Positions 49,285-62,094 are shown, numbered from the stretch's first letter. The stretch: 64,000 nt of DNA from Leucoraja erinacea (GCF_028641065.1 NC_073414.1:2480001-2544000); one strand, 5' to 3'. Notes: a model not told the origin generated them from the letters alone. Translations and numbers: made by a program.

Positions 49285-49835
49285 ATCTCCATTTCTGGAG
49301 GAAGGACATTATTGCCATAGAGGGAGTGCAGAGACGGTTCACCAGACTGATTCCTGGGATGTCAGGACTGTCTTATAAAGAAAGACTGGATAGACTTGGT
49401 TTATACTCTCTAGAATTTAGGAGATTGAGAGGGGATCTTATAGAAACTTACAAAATCATTAAGGGGTTGGACAGGCTAGATGCAGGAAGATTGTTCCCGA
49501 TGTTAGGGAAGTCCAGGACATGGGGTCACAGCTTAAGGATAAAGGGGAAATCCTTTAAAACCGAGATGAGAAGAACTTTTTTCACGCAGAGAGTGGTGAA
49601 TCTCTGGAACTCTCTGCCACAGAGGGTAGTTGAGGCCACCAGTTCATTGGCTATATTTAAGAGGGAGTTAGATGTGGCCCTTGTGGCTAAGGGGATCAGG
49701 GGGTATGGAGAGAAGGCAGGGATGGGATACTGAGTTGGATGATCAGCCATGATCATATTGAATGGCGGTGCAGGCTCGAAGGGCCGAATGGCCTCTACTC
49801 CTGCACCTAATTTCTATGTTTCTATGTTTCTATGT
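49285..49835 (+). mobile_element. CR1 LINE 3' fragment (longest here, open frame)
   Basis: ORF 49269..49733 KDIIAIEGVQRRFTRLIPG...NLWNSLP, plus tail. Confidence 0.9.
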
Positions 49836-49979
49836 TCTTGACTCGACTATGATGACCCCAAACCAGCTCCTGCAGCTCATGCAGCATCTACAGCTCCTGC
49901 AGCTCCTGCAGCATCCTGCAGCTCCTGCAGTATCTACAGCTCCTGAGTCCCAAACAGACAGTACACCAGATGAACCTAC

Positions 49980-50243
49980 AATATCAGACACGTCGGGCCC
50001 GGTCAGTTCCCCCTTGCGTTGCCCCACGTTGTCCAGCACGGCCTGTGTGCGGGCGCAGACGGTGCCCATGTCCAGGCAAGGCCTGTCGGAGTAGCCATCC
50101 CTCACATGGTCGTACAGGCTGCTCCTGCTGCTGCTGTAGCGGCGGCAACAGCCGGCCGGAGAGAGCCAGGGGCCGGGGACGAGCTGAGAGAAGAAGGAGA
50201 CGCCGCCGCCGCGTAGCAACTGCCTCAACCTGCGGGCCGCCAT
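49980..50243 (-). CDS. SARS2: SARS2 exon 1
   Basis: MAARRLRQLLRG...SLYDHVRDGYSDRPCLD...RKGELTGPDVSDI|gtaggt. Confidence 0.9.
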
Positions 50244-50247
50244 CTTG
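50236..50247 (-). promoter_or_regulatory. YY1-type motif overlapping the SARS2 start codon
   Basis: CAAGATGGCGGC on the minus strand. Confidence 0.5.
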
Positions 50248-50551
50248 GCAACCTTAAACCCCGCCCCCCCCCTCCATGTGATGTGACCATTCAAGTCGAT
50301 TATGTGTAAGAAAACACCAAAATATCATAAAAGATAATAGATTGACAATGAAAATAAAAAGGAGACATACAGTTTCAGATAAGGAAAGAGGAGCAGTGAT
50401 ATAATAATAATAATAATTATTATTATTATTAGATTATGAGAAGGAATGGGTGACATTTCGGGTCGAGACCTTTCTTCAGAAGGTACAATACAATACAATA
50501 CAATTTATTTGCTGTCATTTGAACCTCAAATATACTAGCTAGCTCCTCTAG

Positions 50552-50975
50552 TATTTTTGGTTTAAACCAGCATCTGCAGTTCATTTTTGTGTCTATCTTT
50601 GGTTTAAACCAAATATAATAGCTCCTCTAGTATTTTTGGTTTAAACCAGCATCTGCAGTTCCATTTTGTGTGTATCTTTGGTTTAATCCAAATATAATAG
50701 CTGCTCTAGTATTTTTGGTTTAAACCAGCATCTGCAGTTCCATTTTGTGTGTATCTTTGGTTTAATCCAAATATAATAGCTGCTCTAGTATTTTTGGTTT
50801 AAACCAGGTTCTGCAGTTCCTTTTTGTGTCTATCTTTGGTTTAAACCAAATATAATGGCTCCTCTAGTATTTTTGGTTTAAACCAGGTTCTACAGTTCCA
50901 TTTTGTGTGTATCTTTGGTTTAAACCAGCATCTGCAGTTGCATTTTGTGTGTATCTTTGGTTTAAACCAGCATCT
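50552..50975. repeat. 79-bp tandem array (about 5 units)
   Basis: Unit starts recur at 50552, 50631, 50710, 50789 and 50868. Derived from the GGTTTAAACCAGCATCTGCAGTT pLTR end. Confidence 0.85.
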
Positions 50976-52117
50976 GAAAACCAGCATTAAACCAACCCCC
51001 ACACTGCAGCAGAGCCACTGTTGTGCCGCTGCCGGTCGGAACGGCTGTTGAATGTTTAGTAGAGTGTTAAATTTGTTCATGATACATGTATTTTTATTTC
51101 TATTTATTTTTTCATGCACACTGAATGGACACTGGTTGAGCAACGTTTTTTTTGTTTCCTCTGGGTATGCGAATACTCAGGAAATGACAATAAAGATATA
51201 CAATCTGCAGCTCCTTCTTGCACACTTGACTCTGACCTACTCTTTTTTTTTTTTTAATTTCAAAATAGACTTTATTCATTGATAAATATATACAATTCCT
51301 GAACCATTCAAACAAACAAAATTCATCCGACATTTTCGGAGACTATACAAGTTTTTTCAGTACAATTTTTTTAACATTTTTCAAATTTCACCAAACAGTC
51401 CCCCACCCGTGCCACTCTGTGGCCCCTGTCCAAGTAATAAATATATACAGTGTTTACAGTGCGAAAATCCCATTTGACATTTTCACTTCCACAAATAATG
51501 TCCCCCACCCGTGCCACTCATGTGGCCCCCTGGCGTGGGATACCTTCCCTTAATTTAATTTTAATTGGCAGACAGGGAGAGGCTTCAGAGGGTAACCAGG
51601 ACAGCGCAGAGGATCATTGGTTGCCCTCTCCCCTCCCTGATGGACATCTACACCTCCCGCTGCCTTAGCAGGGCAAAGAAGATCACCAAAGACAGCTCCC
51701 ATCCTGCGTTTGGACTGTTCGCCTTTGTCCTGTGAAGGCGCTATTTGTGCTTCAAATCTTTACAATTTTACTCAGGAATAGCTGCTTCCCGAGCTTTAGA
51801 ACCATAAATTCAAATCCACACATGGCTGACACACCGCCCAATTTCGTTGTTCCATCTGTATGTTATGTATATGGCATGTAGCGCCGTAGAAATTTGTGTG
51901 CACCTATTCCCCCCCCCTATCTCAAGTAATTTTGTTTTTTTCTGTTTTTGTTTGCGAAAATAAAATTTGTACATATTCACTGAGTACGAATAATGTCAGT
52001 TTCACTGTACATGTATATTGACAATAAATGGCATATCAATTTGAACTACTCCATCCAGCATTGTGTGTCTATTGACATTTGAAGGACAGGTCCCCATGCC
52101 CATCCCCCCCCCCCCTA

Positions 52118-52207
52118 TCACGTGACGAGTGGCGCGGCTTCAGAGGGGAGGGAGGAAGTGACGAATACAGGGAGCGGAGGGAAGTGACGCAGCGCTGGGA
52201 GGGCGGG
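52118..52207 (+). promoter_or_regulatory. NAPA proximal promoter motifs: E-box/CLEAR-like, two ETS-CRE half composites, GC box
   Basis: TCACGTGAC 52118-52126; GGAAGTGACG 52154-52163 and 52180-52189; GGGCGGG near 52201. CpG-rich, just upstream of the ATG at 52247. Confidence 0.5.
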
Positions 52208-52246
52208 AGGGAGAGCGAGGGGGGGAGGGGGCGAGCGGGGTCAGAC

Positions 52247-52344
52247 ATGGACAACTCAGCGAAGGAGCGGGAGGCGCTGGGCCTGGTGGCCGAGGCGGAG
52301 CGGCGCGTCCGCGGGGCCAAGTCCTTCATGGCCTCCCTATTCGG
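52247..52344 (+). CDS. NAPA: NAPA exon 1 (98 bp)
   Basis: MDNSAKEREALGLVAEAERRVRGAKSFMASLFG|gtgaga. Confidence 0.92.
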
Positions 52345-52439
52345 GTGAGAGGGAGGCGGTGGCGGAGGCGACTTCCGGGGGGGGGTGCGGGGAGAGAAGA
52401 GGGAGACAGACGTCCGACTGCCCCCTCCCCCTCCCCCCC

Positions 52440-53840
52440 CATATTGTTGTGGGTGCCCCCCCCCCCATATTGTTGTGGGTGCCCCCCCCCCATATTGTTG
52501 TGGGTGCCCCCCCCCCTTATTGTGGGGGTGCCCCCCCCCTCCTATTGTTGTGGGTGCCCCCCCCCCTTATTGTTGTGGGTGCCCCCCCCATATTGTTGTG
52601 GGTGCCCCCCCCCCCCCTTGTTGTGGGTGCCCCCCCCCCCCTTGTTGTGGGTGCCCCCCCCCCCCCCATATTGTTGTGGGTGCCCCCCCCCCATATTGTT
52701 GTGGGTGCCCCCCCCCCTTATTATTGTGGGGGTGCCCCCCCCTTATTGTTGTGGGGTGCCCCCCCCCCTTATTGTTGTGGGTGCCCCCCCCCTTATTGTT
52801 GTGGGTGCCCCCCCCCCCTATTGTTGTGGGTGCCCCCCCCCTTATTGTTGTGGGTGCCCCCCCCCTTATTGTTGTGGGTGCCCCCCCTTATTGTTGTGGG
52901 TGCCCCCCCCCCTATTGTTGTGGGGTGCCCCCCCCCCCCCTTATTGTTGTGGGTGCCCCCCCCCCCCCCCCCTATTGTTGTGGGTGCCCCCCCCCCCTTA
53001 TTGTTGTGGGTGCCCCCCCCCTATTGTTGTGGGTGCCCCCCCCTTATTGTGGGTGCCCCCCCCCTATTGTTGTGGGTGCCCCCCCCCCTTATTGTTGTGG
53101 GTGCCCCCCCCCCATATATTGTTGTGGGTGCCCCCCCCCCCCCCCCCTTGCCCCCCCCCCTTGTTGTGGGTGCCCCCCCCCCCCCTTATTGTTGTGAGGG
53201 GTGCCCCCCCCCCATCTTGTTGTGGGTGCCCCCCCCCCCTATTGTTGTGGGTGCCCCCCCCCTTATTGTTGTGGGTGCCCCCCCTTATTGTTATGGTGCC
53301 CCTGTTATTGTGCCCCCCCCCCCCCCTGTTGTGGGTGCCCCCCCCCCCCCCCTTATTGTTTGTGGGTGCCCCCCCTTATTGTTGTGGGTGCCCCCCCCTT
53401 ATGTGTGTGGGTGCCCCCCCCCCCCTTATTGTTGTGGGTGCCCCCCCCCCTTATTGTGTTGTGGGTGCCCCCCCCCCCCTTATTGTTGTGGGTGCCCCCC
53501 CTTATTGTTGTGGGTGCCCCCCCCCTTTATTGTTGTGGGTGCCCCCCCCCTTATTGTTGTGGGGGCCCCCCCTTATTGTTGTGGGTGCCCCCCCCCCCTA
53601 TTGTTGTGGGTGCCCCCCCTTATTGTTGTGGGTGCCCCCCCCCATATTGTTGTGGGTGCCCCCCCTTATTGTTGTGGGTGCCCCCCCCTTATTGTTGTGG
53701 GTGCCCCCCCCCCCCCTTATTGTTGTGGGTGCCCCCCCTTATTGTTGTGGGTGCCCCCCCTTATTGTTGTGGGTGCCCCCACTTATTGTTGTGGGTGCCC
53801 CCCCCTATTGTTGTGGGTGCCCTCCCCTGTTGTGGGTGCC
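52440..53840. repeat. Minisatellite TATTGTTGTGGGTG(C)n in NAPA intron 1
   Basis: About 1.4 kb of 21-30 bp units with a variable C run. Confidence 0.95.
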
Positions 53841-56800
53841 GGGCCCTGGGCGGGCCACAGCTGGTCAATGAGCCCAGACCGAAAGGGTGGGGCAGTGGTG
53901 TGGGGTGGTACAAGAGAGGGACATCATGGTGGTGATGTGGGTGGACGTTGCTTACAGTAGCGTCGGGTGGGGGAGGGGGGTGCGAGTCGTCATTAGTTTA
54001 CATTCTGATGGAGGAGGAGGGGTGGGGGGGGTGTGGTGAAGTGTTGTTGATGTGCGATGTGTTGTGTAGGAAGGAACTGCAGATGCTGGTTTACACCGAA
54101 GATAGGCACCACGAAATGCTGAAGTACTTCAGCGGGTCAGGCAGCAAGAAGTCTATAGAAGGGTTTTAAGCAGATTGTTGTAACATATGGTTGAAATCCT
54201 TTCTTTCCAGTGAAGAACTACACTAATCACATCAGTGTGTAGAAGCTAAAATGCCTTGTGTTTTTCAGACTTAATTTTGTGAAATTAAACACCACTTGCT
54301 CCCAAGGGTGTCTCTATTTACTGAATTGCTCGTGAACAAGATCAAGTCTATCACGGTTCTTTGTAGAAAATACATCGCAGTCCATTTCTATTACTCCTTT
54401 CCCATAATCATGTAGAATGTTTTGTCTATCCAATTTTCTTTTGATAGCCCTTTTATTTTCCTTTGGGGGACCTTTGTTATTTTCCAGCTTGTAACCTGTC
54501 CATGTACTTATTTTTATAAGAAAACCAATTTCCTCTCCTCCTATGTAGGAAGGAACTGCAGATGCTGGTTTAAACTGAAGATAGACACACAGCTGGAGTA
54601 ACTCAGTGGGTCAGACAGCATCTTCTCCTTATCTTTTGCTGATCACTGAATATAACCTTGTGGTGCTCGAGTCATTCACTGATGGGACCAACATTGGCAC
54701 TGTTGGTGATATGGTTGCATTAAGTCACCGTAGTTACTTTCAGCAGTATCTAAACCATGATGTTTAAGAAGGAACTGCAGATGCTGGAAAATCGAATGTA
54801 CACAAAAATGCTGGAGAAACTCAGCGGGTGCAGCAGCATCTATGGAGCGAAGGAAACCTGTCTGAAGAAGGGTTTCGGCCCGAAACGTTGCCTATTTCCT
54901 TCGCTCCATAGATGCTGCTGCACCCGCTGAGTTTCTCCAGCATTTTTGTGTACCTTCTAAACCATGATGTATCGGTCCACAGACTATCTTTCGCTTCAAA
55001 GCAAACAACCCCAGTATTTCCATTCCAACATTCATCATCCATGCAACCATTACAGTCTGAAGAAGGGTCTCGACCCAAAATGTCATCTATTATTTTGCTC
55101 CATAGATGCTGCCTGTCCCGTTATCTTTCTCCAGCATTTTTGTCTACCAACCATTACAGTAAATCTTTTATGCGCTCAAAGACCCAGAAAACCTCCAGGT
55201 GTGGTGACTAGCTTTACTAGCTGTCTTTCAACTCCTATCCTGACCCTTGGTGCTATCAATGTGAAGTTTGTATGTTCTTACGATCACAGGAGATTCCCCC
55301 GAGTGCTCTGGCTACCTCCCATGTGCCAAAGAGATGCAGGTTGGTAGGTTAGTTGGCCACTAAACTGCCCCGGGAAGTTTCTTTCGGAAGTGTCAATGGA
55401 AGAGGTTGGTTTGCGTTATGGTTTAGGCCGCGTCTACAATTTCTTGCGGTTGTAGATGGCGCTGTTCCCAAGCCATGCTGTGATGCATCTCGCTAAAAAA
55501 AATTCTACGGCACATCTGTAGAAGTTGGTGAGAGTTGTTGGGGACATGCCGAACTTCCTAAGCCTTCTAAGGAAGTAGAGGCATGGGTGTGCTTTCTTGA
55601 CCATTGCTTTGATGTGGCTAGTCCAGGATAAGTTGCTTATGATATTTACACCTAGCAACTTGAAAGCTCTCAACCATTTCTACTTTGGTGCCGTCAAGGT
55701 ATGTGTATCACCTTGCTTCCTGAAGTCGGATCACTCCTTTGTGTAGGAAGGAACTGCAGATGCTGGTTTATACCGAAGATAGACACAAAAAGCTGGAGAC
55801 GCTCAGTGGGTTGAACAGCATCTTTGGAGAAAAGGAATAGGTCCCTATCTCCTTTGTCTTGCTGACATTGAGAGAAAGGTGGGTGTCTTGACACTAGGTT
55901 ATGAGGTTCTCAATCTCCTTCCTGTAGTCCGTCTCCCCTTTATTTGATATTTGGCCCACTACAGTAATGTATTTGTAAATTGAGTTGGATTTATGTTGGG
56001 CTGCACAGTTGTGAGTGTATTAGGAGTAAAGGGGGCTGAGAACACATCCTAGCGGAGAGCACTGGTGATGAGGATTGCAAGATGCGGGGCGGTCATTTAA
56101 AGCTGATGTATGTGGTGAATCCCTGGAATTCTCCATAGCAAATGTAAAACCATTTGTACTGAGCCATTGGGCAGTAAACCCCCCTACTCATCTGTTCCAA
56201 TAATGAACTGTTGGTGCCAGCTCTTGCTACTGAGTCTCAGCATCTGCCTAAGTCAGGAGGTCTGAAATATCCTCAATCATTTCCTGTTTTTCTCCCTTTT
56301 AGCATGCTTTTTTTTGACATTTGTTCTAATCTGTTGCTCAATGTCAAAGTATTACTGCAACAAAAGGGTGGCATGTGATTCTTAAGAACAGCACATTTTC
56401 TTCAAGCATTTTGTAGTTCTAAGTAAAATGCTTTGTGGTGCCTTGCTATCAATTGTTCTATAGAAATGCATAATATTGAGGTTAAGGAATCTCTCCCATC
56501 CTTTACTTTCCTATTTGACTGGTGTGGTAATGTTCCTTGTAATCTCAACCAAACATGAATTTTCTCTTCCTTTCTTTGAACAAACCTTTGACTCACCAAG
56601 TTCACGCTGACCATCGATCAGCTGTTCTTGTTAGTTCCGCTATCCCATTTTCTCATCCACTCCCTACATGGTAGGGGGAAATTTTAGCAGCCAATTAACC
56701 GAGAAACCCATGTGGTCACAGGGAGAACATGCAAACTCCACACAGATAGTAGCTGAGATCAGGATTGAACTCTGGCCTCTGGTGCTGTAAGTCAGCAGCT

Positions 56801-57212
56801 CTACTAGATGTGTCACTCTGCTGTCCCATGTCTCTGAGGGAGCCACGCTCCAAAGATATACAGGTTTGTAGGTTGATTAGCTTGGTATAATTGTAAATTG
56901 TCTCTAGTGTGTATAGGATAGTGTTAGTGTGCGGGGTCGGAGCGGACTCGGTGGGCCGAAGGACCTGTTTCCACGCTGTACCTCTAAACTAAACTAGTCG
57001 TACAGCATGGAAACTAATTATTTGGTCCAACTTGCCCATGCTGACCAAGATACCCCATTCACACTAGTCCCACCTGCCTGCATTTGGCCAATATCTACTG
57101 TTCTGTGAATACGCCACATTGTAGAGCCAAAATCTCCCTTCAGATCTTTGTGTTAATTCAAAGTATTTCACTAACAAAGTACTTTTGAAGTATAGCCACT
57201 GTTGGAATGTAG

Positions 57213-57622
57213 GCCCCCCCCCCCCCTTGGTCATGACTGACCATGGGTAATGCATCCTGGTTGGATGCAAGCCTGGGCGATACCATATGGAGGCCCATGC
57301 AGCACGTCCCCCTCTCCACGTCGCTGATCGATCCAAAGGAACAGCAGGGCCGTTACAGTTTACCACCAGCACCGTCGCAGGAGCTGCCAAAGTGAGGTTG
57401 TACACAACGACGAACTGCCTTAGGGGCTCTGACTCCGGATTTTCTTGAGGTTTACTCCTGGAGCCTTTGGCCATGACTGGATATGGCCACTAGGCAGTGG
57501 AGGTTTTAAATCAGAGTTTTCCCTCTCCTAGATGGACTGATGAGCCCCATCTGCCCAAGGCTCGAGGGGGCGGGAGCGTCTACCCTTCCCGTGCAGGTCT
57601 ATAGCACCTGCCCACTGCCCAG
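57213..57622 (-). mobile_element. RTE-like non-autonomous element fused to the H3 retrocopy
   Basis: CTAGGAGAGGGAAAACTCTGATTTAAAACCTCCACTGCC resembles RTE-clade 5'UTR-derived elements (recalled, not searched). Confidence 0.5.
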
Positions 57623-57624
57623 GA

Positions 57625-58000
57625 TTTGTAGCCCTTAAAAGAGCCGTTTGTTCTTGGTGGAGAGGTGGAGTTTAGGCGCGCTCCCTATGGATGCGGCGGG
57701 CCAGTTGGATGTCTTTGGGCATGATGGTGACTCACTTGGCGTGGGTTGCGCACAGGTTGTTGTCCTCAAAGAGCCCCACCAGGTAAACCTCGCTGGCCTC
57801 CTGCAGGGCTAGGACGGACGAGCTCTGGAAGCGCAGGTCTGTCTTGAAGTCCTGAGCGATCTCCCGCACCAGACGATGGAAGGGTAGTTTGCGGATGAGT
57901 GGCTCGGGGGATTTCTGATAGTGCCGGATCTCCCTGAGAGCCACGTTGCTGGGCCGGTAGCGATGAGGCTTCTTCACTCCGCCCATGGCTGGAGAGCTCT
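57625..58000 (-). pseudogene. 5'-truncated processed histone H3 (H3.2-type) pseudogene with 3' stem-loop
   Basis: Starts near K27/S28, has many substitutions and an R116 CGA>TGA stop. Native TAA at 57672-57674. Stem-loop GGCTCTTTTAAGGGCT 57630-57645 followed by ACAAA. Confidence 0.9.
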
Positions 58001-58503
58001 TTGGAATATAGTAAATAATAAAAATGATGCACAGACAGCTGTGTGTTTTGCACAGTAGTCCGAATGTGGCTGGATGCTCTACATTGCAAGTTGCAAAGGA
58101 ATAGAGGATGGCAAGAATGCCAGAGATCTCTTACCCTCTGGAATGAAGTGTCTTAAGTTTTTAACATCCATCGAAGTAAAAACATTGTCTCCGTAAATTC
58201 TTAACGGTTATTAACAGAACCAGAGTTTATATACTCTCGTTGTTAATATATGATCCAAACCATGTTACTCATTCACAATCGTGTAGGAAGGAACTGCAGA
58301 TGCTGGTTTCATCCGAAGATAGACACAAAAGGCCGGGGTAACTCGGGTGCCCTGCTGAGTTACGCCAGATTTTGTGACTAATTCACAATCCTCAGTCTTT
58401 GCTTTCTTAATGTGGGATCTAGAGACATTTTTCACATCTTGATTTTGAATGAATGAATATCTTTTTTTATTTCGAATGATTTTGATCTTTCATTTTGTTT
58501 TAG

Positions 58504-58583
58504 AGGGTCTTCAAAACTGGAAGAAGCATGTGAATTGTATTCCAGGGCTGCTAACATGTTCAAAATGGCAAAGAACTGGAGTG
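58504..58583 (+). CDS. NAPA: NAPA exon 2 (80 bp)
   Basis: [26 protein letters not shown]|gtgagt. Confidence 0.95.
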
Positions 58584-59087
58584 GTGAGTGCAGATACTAA
58601 ATACTCCTTTCACAATTGTTCTGATCAGCGTCTCTAACAATGAATGAATAACACGTGTATTGCCTGAATTGAGTTTGTAGAAATGAGATCATGTTTGGAT
58701 CAGGCATGCCTTGCCAATTGTGCGTTTGCCCATGTTTCAAGAGCTTTTATCTGTTATAGGAACCAAAACAATGAAACAATGACTTTAGAGATACAAAGCG
58801 GGCCCTTCAGCCCACCGTGTCCGCACCGACCAGTGATCACCCTGTACACTATCCTACACACACTGGGGACAATCTTACAACTTACTGAGGCTAATTAACC
58901 TACAAACCTCTATGTCTTTGGAAGAAACTGGAGCGCTTGGAGAAAACCCACGCGGTCACAGGGAGAACGTACAAACTCCGTACAGGCAGATCCTGTAGTC
59001 GTGATGGTACAGGGGTCTCTGGTGCTGTAAGGCAGCTCCTCCACTGCCACCCACAAATAAATTCTTATTTGCTGTATCTTTACAGTC

Positions 59088-59124
<37 letters not shown>

Positions 59125-60043
59125 ACAACCTCCAGCCTTCAAGAGACAACAATCCAAGTCTGTCCAACCTCTCCCTGTAGCTAACACTCCGTCAGACTGA
59201 AGAAGGGTCTCGACCCGAATGTCGCCCATTCCTTATCTCCAGAGATGATGCCTCACCCGCTGAGTTACTCCAGCACTTTCAAGTCAAGTCAAGTTTGTGT
59301 CTACCTTTGATTTATACCAGCATCTGCAGTTCTTTCCAACACCCGGTAATCATCTATAAAGGGGCCTCGTTCTGGTAAACCTCCTCTGCCCTCTTTCAGT
59401 CTTTCATATCCTTCCTGTAATGGGGTGGCCAGAACTGCATGCAATACTTCAAATGTGGCCTAGCCAAACTCCTATAAAGCTGCAGAATGGCAAGAATCTT
59501 TTTTGAAGTGTATATGTCAGCTGCCACTTCCACTTAGCACAGTTCCTTCACCTGAAAGAACAGTTAAGTGAACCACACAAACATGCTGGAAGAACTCGAC
59601 TGATGCTGGTCTTGACCCGAAACGCCAATTTAACCTTTTGCCTTCCGAGAACTCTTTCGACATTCCTTTGTTTGTTCCTGATTCCGGCATCTGCGGTTCA
59701 GTGACCTGCTGGTTTTCAACTGAGTAACAAGGCAACCTTTTACAATATGGCTCAAATTGAGAGCTTTATCAAAGCACCTGCTTGACTGCCTCTGTATTTG
59801 AATTCTACTGGCAGCTCTCTGCAGGCTGGCTTTTATTTTGTTCTATGGGGAAGGCAGATGGTGTGAAACTCAGTTGACAGCCACATTAATCTAGCGCTGT
59901 TTCAGATGGCTTTGAGAAATAGTCTGGTTAACACAGCCTGGCTCATTTAATCTGTCCTGTGTTGCGTGCGTGTGTGTGTGTACTTGCTACATTTGCAATT
60001 GTTCTTATTCTGCTGATACCCACGCGTGATGCTTTGTCTTCAG

Positions 60044-60160
60044 CCGCAGGCAATGCCTTTTGTGAGGCGGCCAAACTCCACCTGCACTTGCAGAGTAAGC
60101 ATGATGCTGCAACAAACTTTGTGGATGCAGGAAATGCCTTCAAGAAAGCCGATCCTCAAG
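60044..60160 (+). CDS. NAPA: NAPA exon 3 (117 bp)
   Basis: [39 protein letters not shown]|gtaact. Confidence 0.95.
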
Positions 60161-60661
60161 GTAACTTTTACCCCATATTTAACTTGCAAGTATTTGTCAG
60201 GAATGCCAAGCAAGACAAATTCTCAGCAAATTGACCGTTTTCCTGAAATAACTCTCAATAGCATTGTATTTACAATGCACTGTGGAATCAATATCAATTT
60301 ACAAACTTTAGAGATACAGTGCGGAAAAGGGCCCTTCGGCCCACCGAGCCCGTGCTGACCAGCTATCGCCCCTTACACTAACACTCCATTACACACTAGA
60401 CACACAGTTTACAATTTTACTAAAGCCAATTGTTCTTGGGGAATGCAATTATTCCACAGTTTTAAAATATCTTTTAATCAGGATGCTTATTTTTTACAGA
60501 CTAATAGATTCCCTAACTAATATTTAGTTAAATCGTGCACCAGAGGCATATTATGAGGCAACGTGGGGCTGATTGCAACTGGCAAATTGCAACGGTGAAT
60601 AAAGATCGCTTAATTGGGTTATGCATTTTTTAACTGATGTTAAATCTGTTTTCTCCTCTAG

Positions 60662-60708
60662 AGGCCATTAATTGTTTGAACAGGGCTATAGAGATTTATA
60701 CAGACATG
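60662..60708 (+). CDS. NAPA: NAPA exon 4 (47 bp)
   Basis: EAINCLNRAIEIYTDM|gtaagc. Confidence 0.95.
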
Positions 60709-61364
60709 GTAAGCAACTGTTGTCGAGTAAACATCAAATCTATTGCTTGCATATTTGAACTTGCTTTCATTGTCCCAGTGGTTTGCAATGAGTCCAAAGT
60801 CCAAATCTGATTAATGTATCAATATCCCAATCTGAATGGAGTTCTTATCCTGAGACAACTGCCCTGTGTTGGAGCTTCTTAGTATTAGAGATACAGCGCG
60901 GGAACAGGCACTTCGGCCCACCGTGTCCGCACTGACCAGCGATCCCTGCACACACTAGGAATAATTTATACTACGTCAATTAACCAACAAACCTGTAGGT
61001 CTTTGGAATGTGGGAGGTAACCGAAGATCTCTGAGACTACCCATGCAGTGAAGGTACAAACTCTATACAGACAGCACCCGTAGTCAGGATCGAACCTGGG
61101 TCTCTGGCGCTGTGAGGCAGCAACTCTACAACCGCACCACTGTGGTTGTGTACTTTCCAGTAACGGAAATGGCCTCAAAGTTTGCCCTGTCAAACTCTTT
61201 AAATTTTCTTTCTGTGAGATCACCCTGATGGCAGCTATGGCTGTTAGCTTTTTCAACAGGGGATTCCAAGTTTTGGATATTCTTTCTGTTCTGATATCCT
61301 GAAACTAGATGTTATTGCATCCCCCGTTTTCCCCAAGTGCTGACGTGTGTGCGTTTGTGTTTAG

Positions 61365-61442
61365 GGCCGGTTTACAATTGCAGCAAAGCATCACATATCG
61401 ATAGCCGAGATCTACGAGAGCGAGCTGGTGGATATTGAGAAA
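61365..61442 (+). CDS. NAPA: NAPA exon 5 (78 bp)
   Basis: [26 protein letters not shown]|gtaagt. Confidence 0.95.
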
Positions 61443-61913
61443 GTAAGTATCCGAGACACTCTAAAACTTCTGCAGATGCACCACAGAAAACATACTAGAC
61501 ACAAAATGCTGGAGTAACTCAGTGGGACAGGCAGCATCTCTGGAGAGAAGGAATGGGTGACGTTTCGGGTCGAGACCCTTCTTCACACATGGAAAATATT
61601 CTGTCGGCTTGCATCACAACTTGGTTTGGGAGCAGCACTGCCCACAACTGTAAGAAGCTGCAGTTATGGATGTATACCAGTCTATCATAGAGACTAAACT
61701 CTCCACCATTGACTCCAGCTACATTTTACTGTGGCTTAATGCTGTCAGTTTGTGAAATTAGTTTCAAAAATGCATGATTTTAATAATTGTATTTATGATT
61801 TCAAACTGCTCCAGTCTTCATTGTGAAATATCTCGTGTTATGGGGGGAAATTCTTAACGGGCAATGTGTCTGTTCCGACCAAATGTACTCATTGACATGC
61901 TGTTATTTTTCAG

Positions 61914-61969
61914 GCAATCGCACATTATGAGCAGGCAGCAGATTACTACAAGGGTGAAGAATCCAACAG
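61914..61969 (+). CDS. NAPA: NAPA exon 6 (56 bp)
   Basis: AIAHYEQAADYYKGEESNS|gttagt. Confidence 0.95.
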
Positions 61970-62094
61970 GTTAGTGACACGGTCTCTTTATTTTAATGTA
62001 AGTGGTTTAATATTTATGATCTGGGCATTTGTATATTCTCTGGTGTTCCTCACTGTCTGTTTGTGACTGCAGTTTGCAAGTGTAAGCATTCGGG

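Noticed and set aside
49269-49733. Repeated ORFs with NLWNSLP or MIMADHPTQYP peptides as host genes
   Set aside because: Sense and antisense translations of truncated CR1 3' ends.
52345-53960. 508-aa and 533-aa Pro/Cys-rich ORFs
   Set aside because: Translations of the intron-1 minisatellite, open in several frames, beginning at the NAPA splice donor.
57732-57986. 84-aa histone H3 ORF as a functional variant
   Set aside because: The N-terminal tail is missing, the ATG comes from a Thr codon mutation, there is a premature stop at R116, and there are many non-conservative changes.
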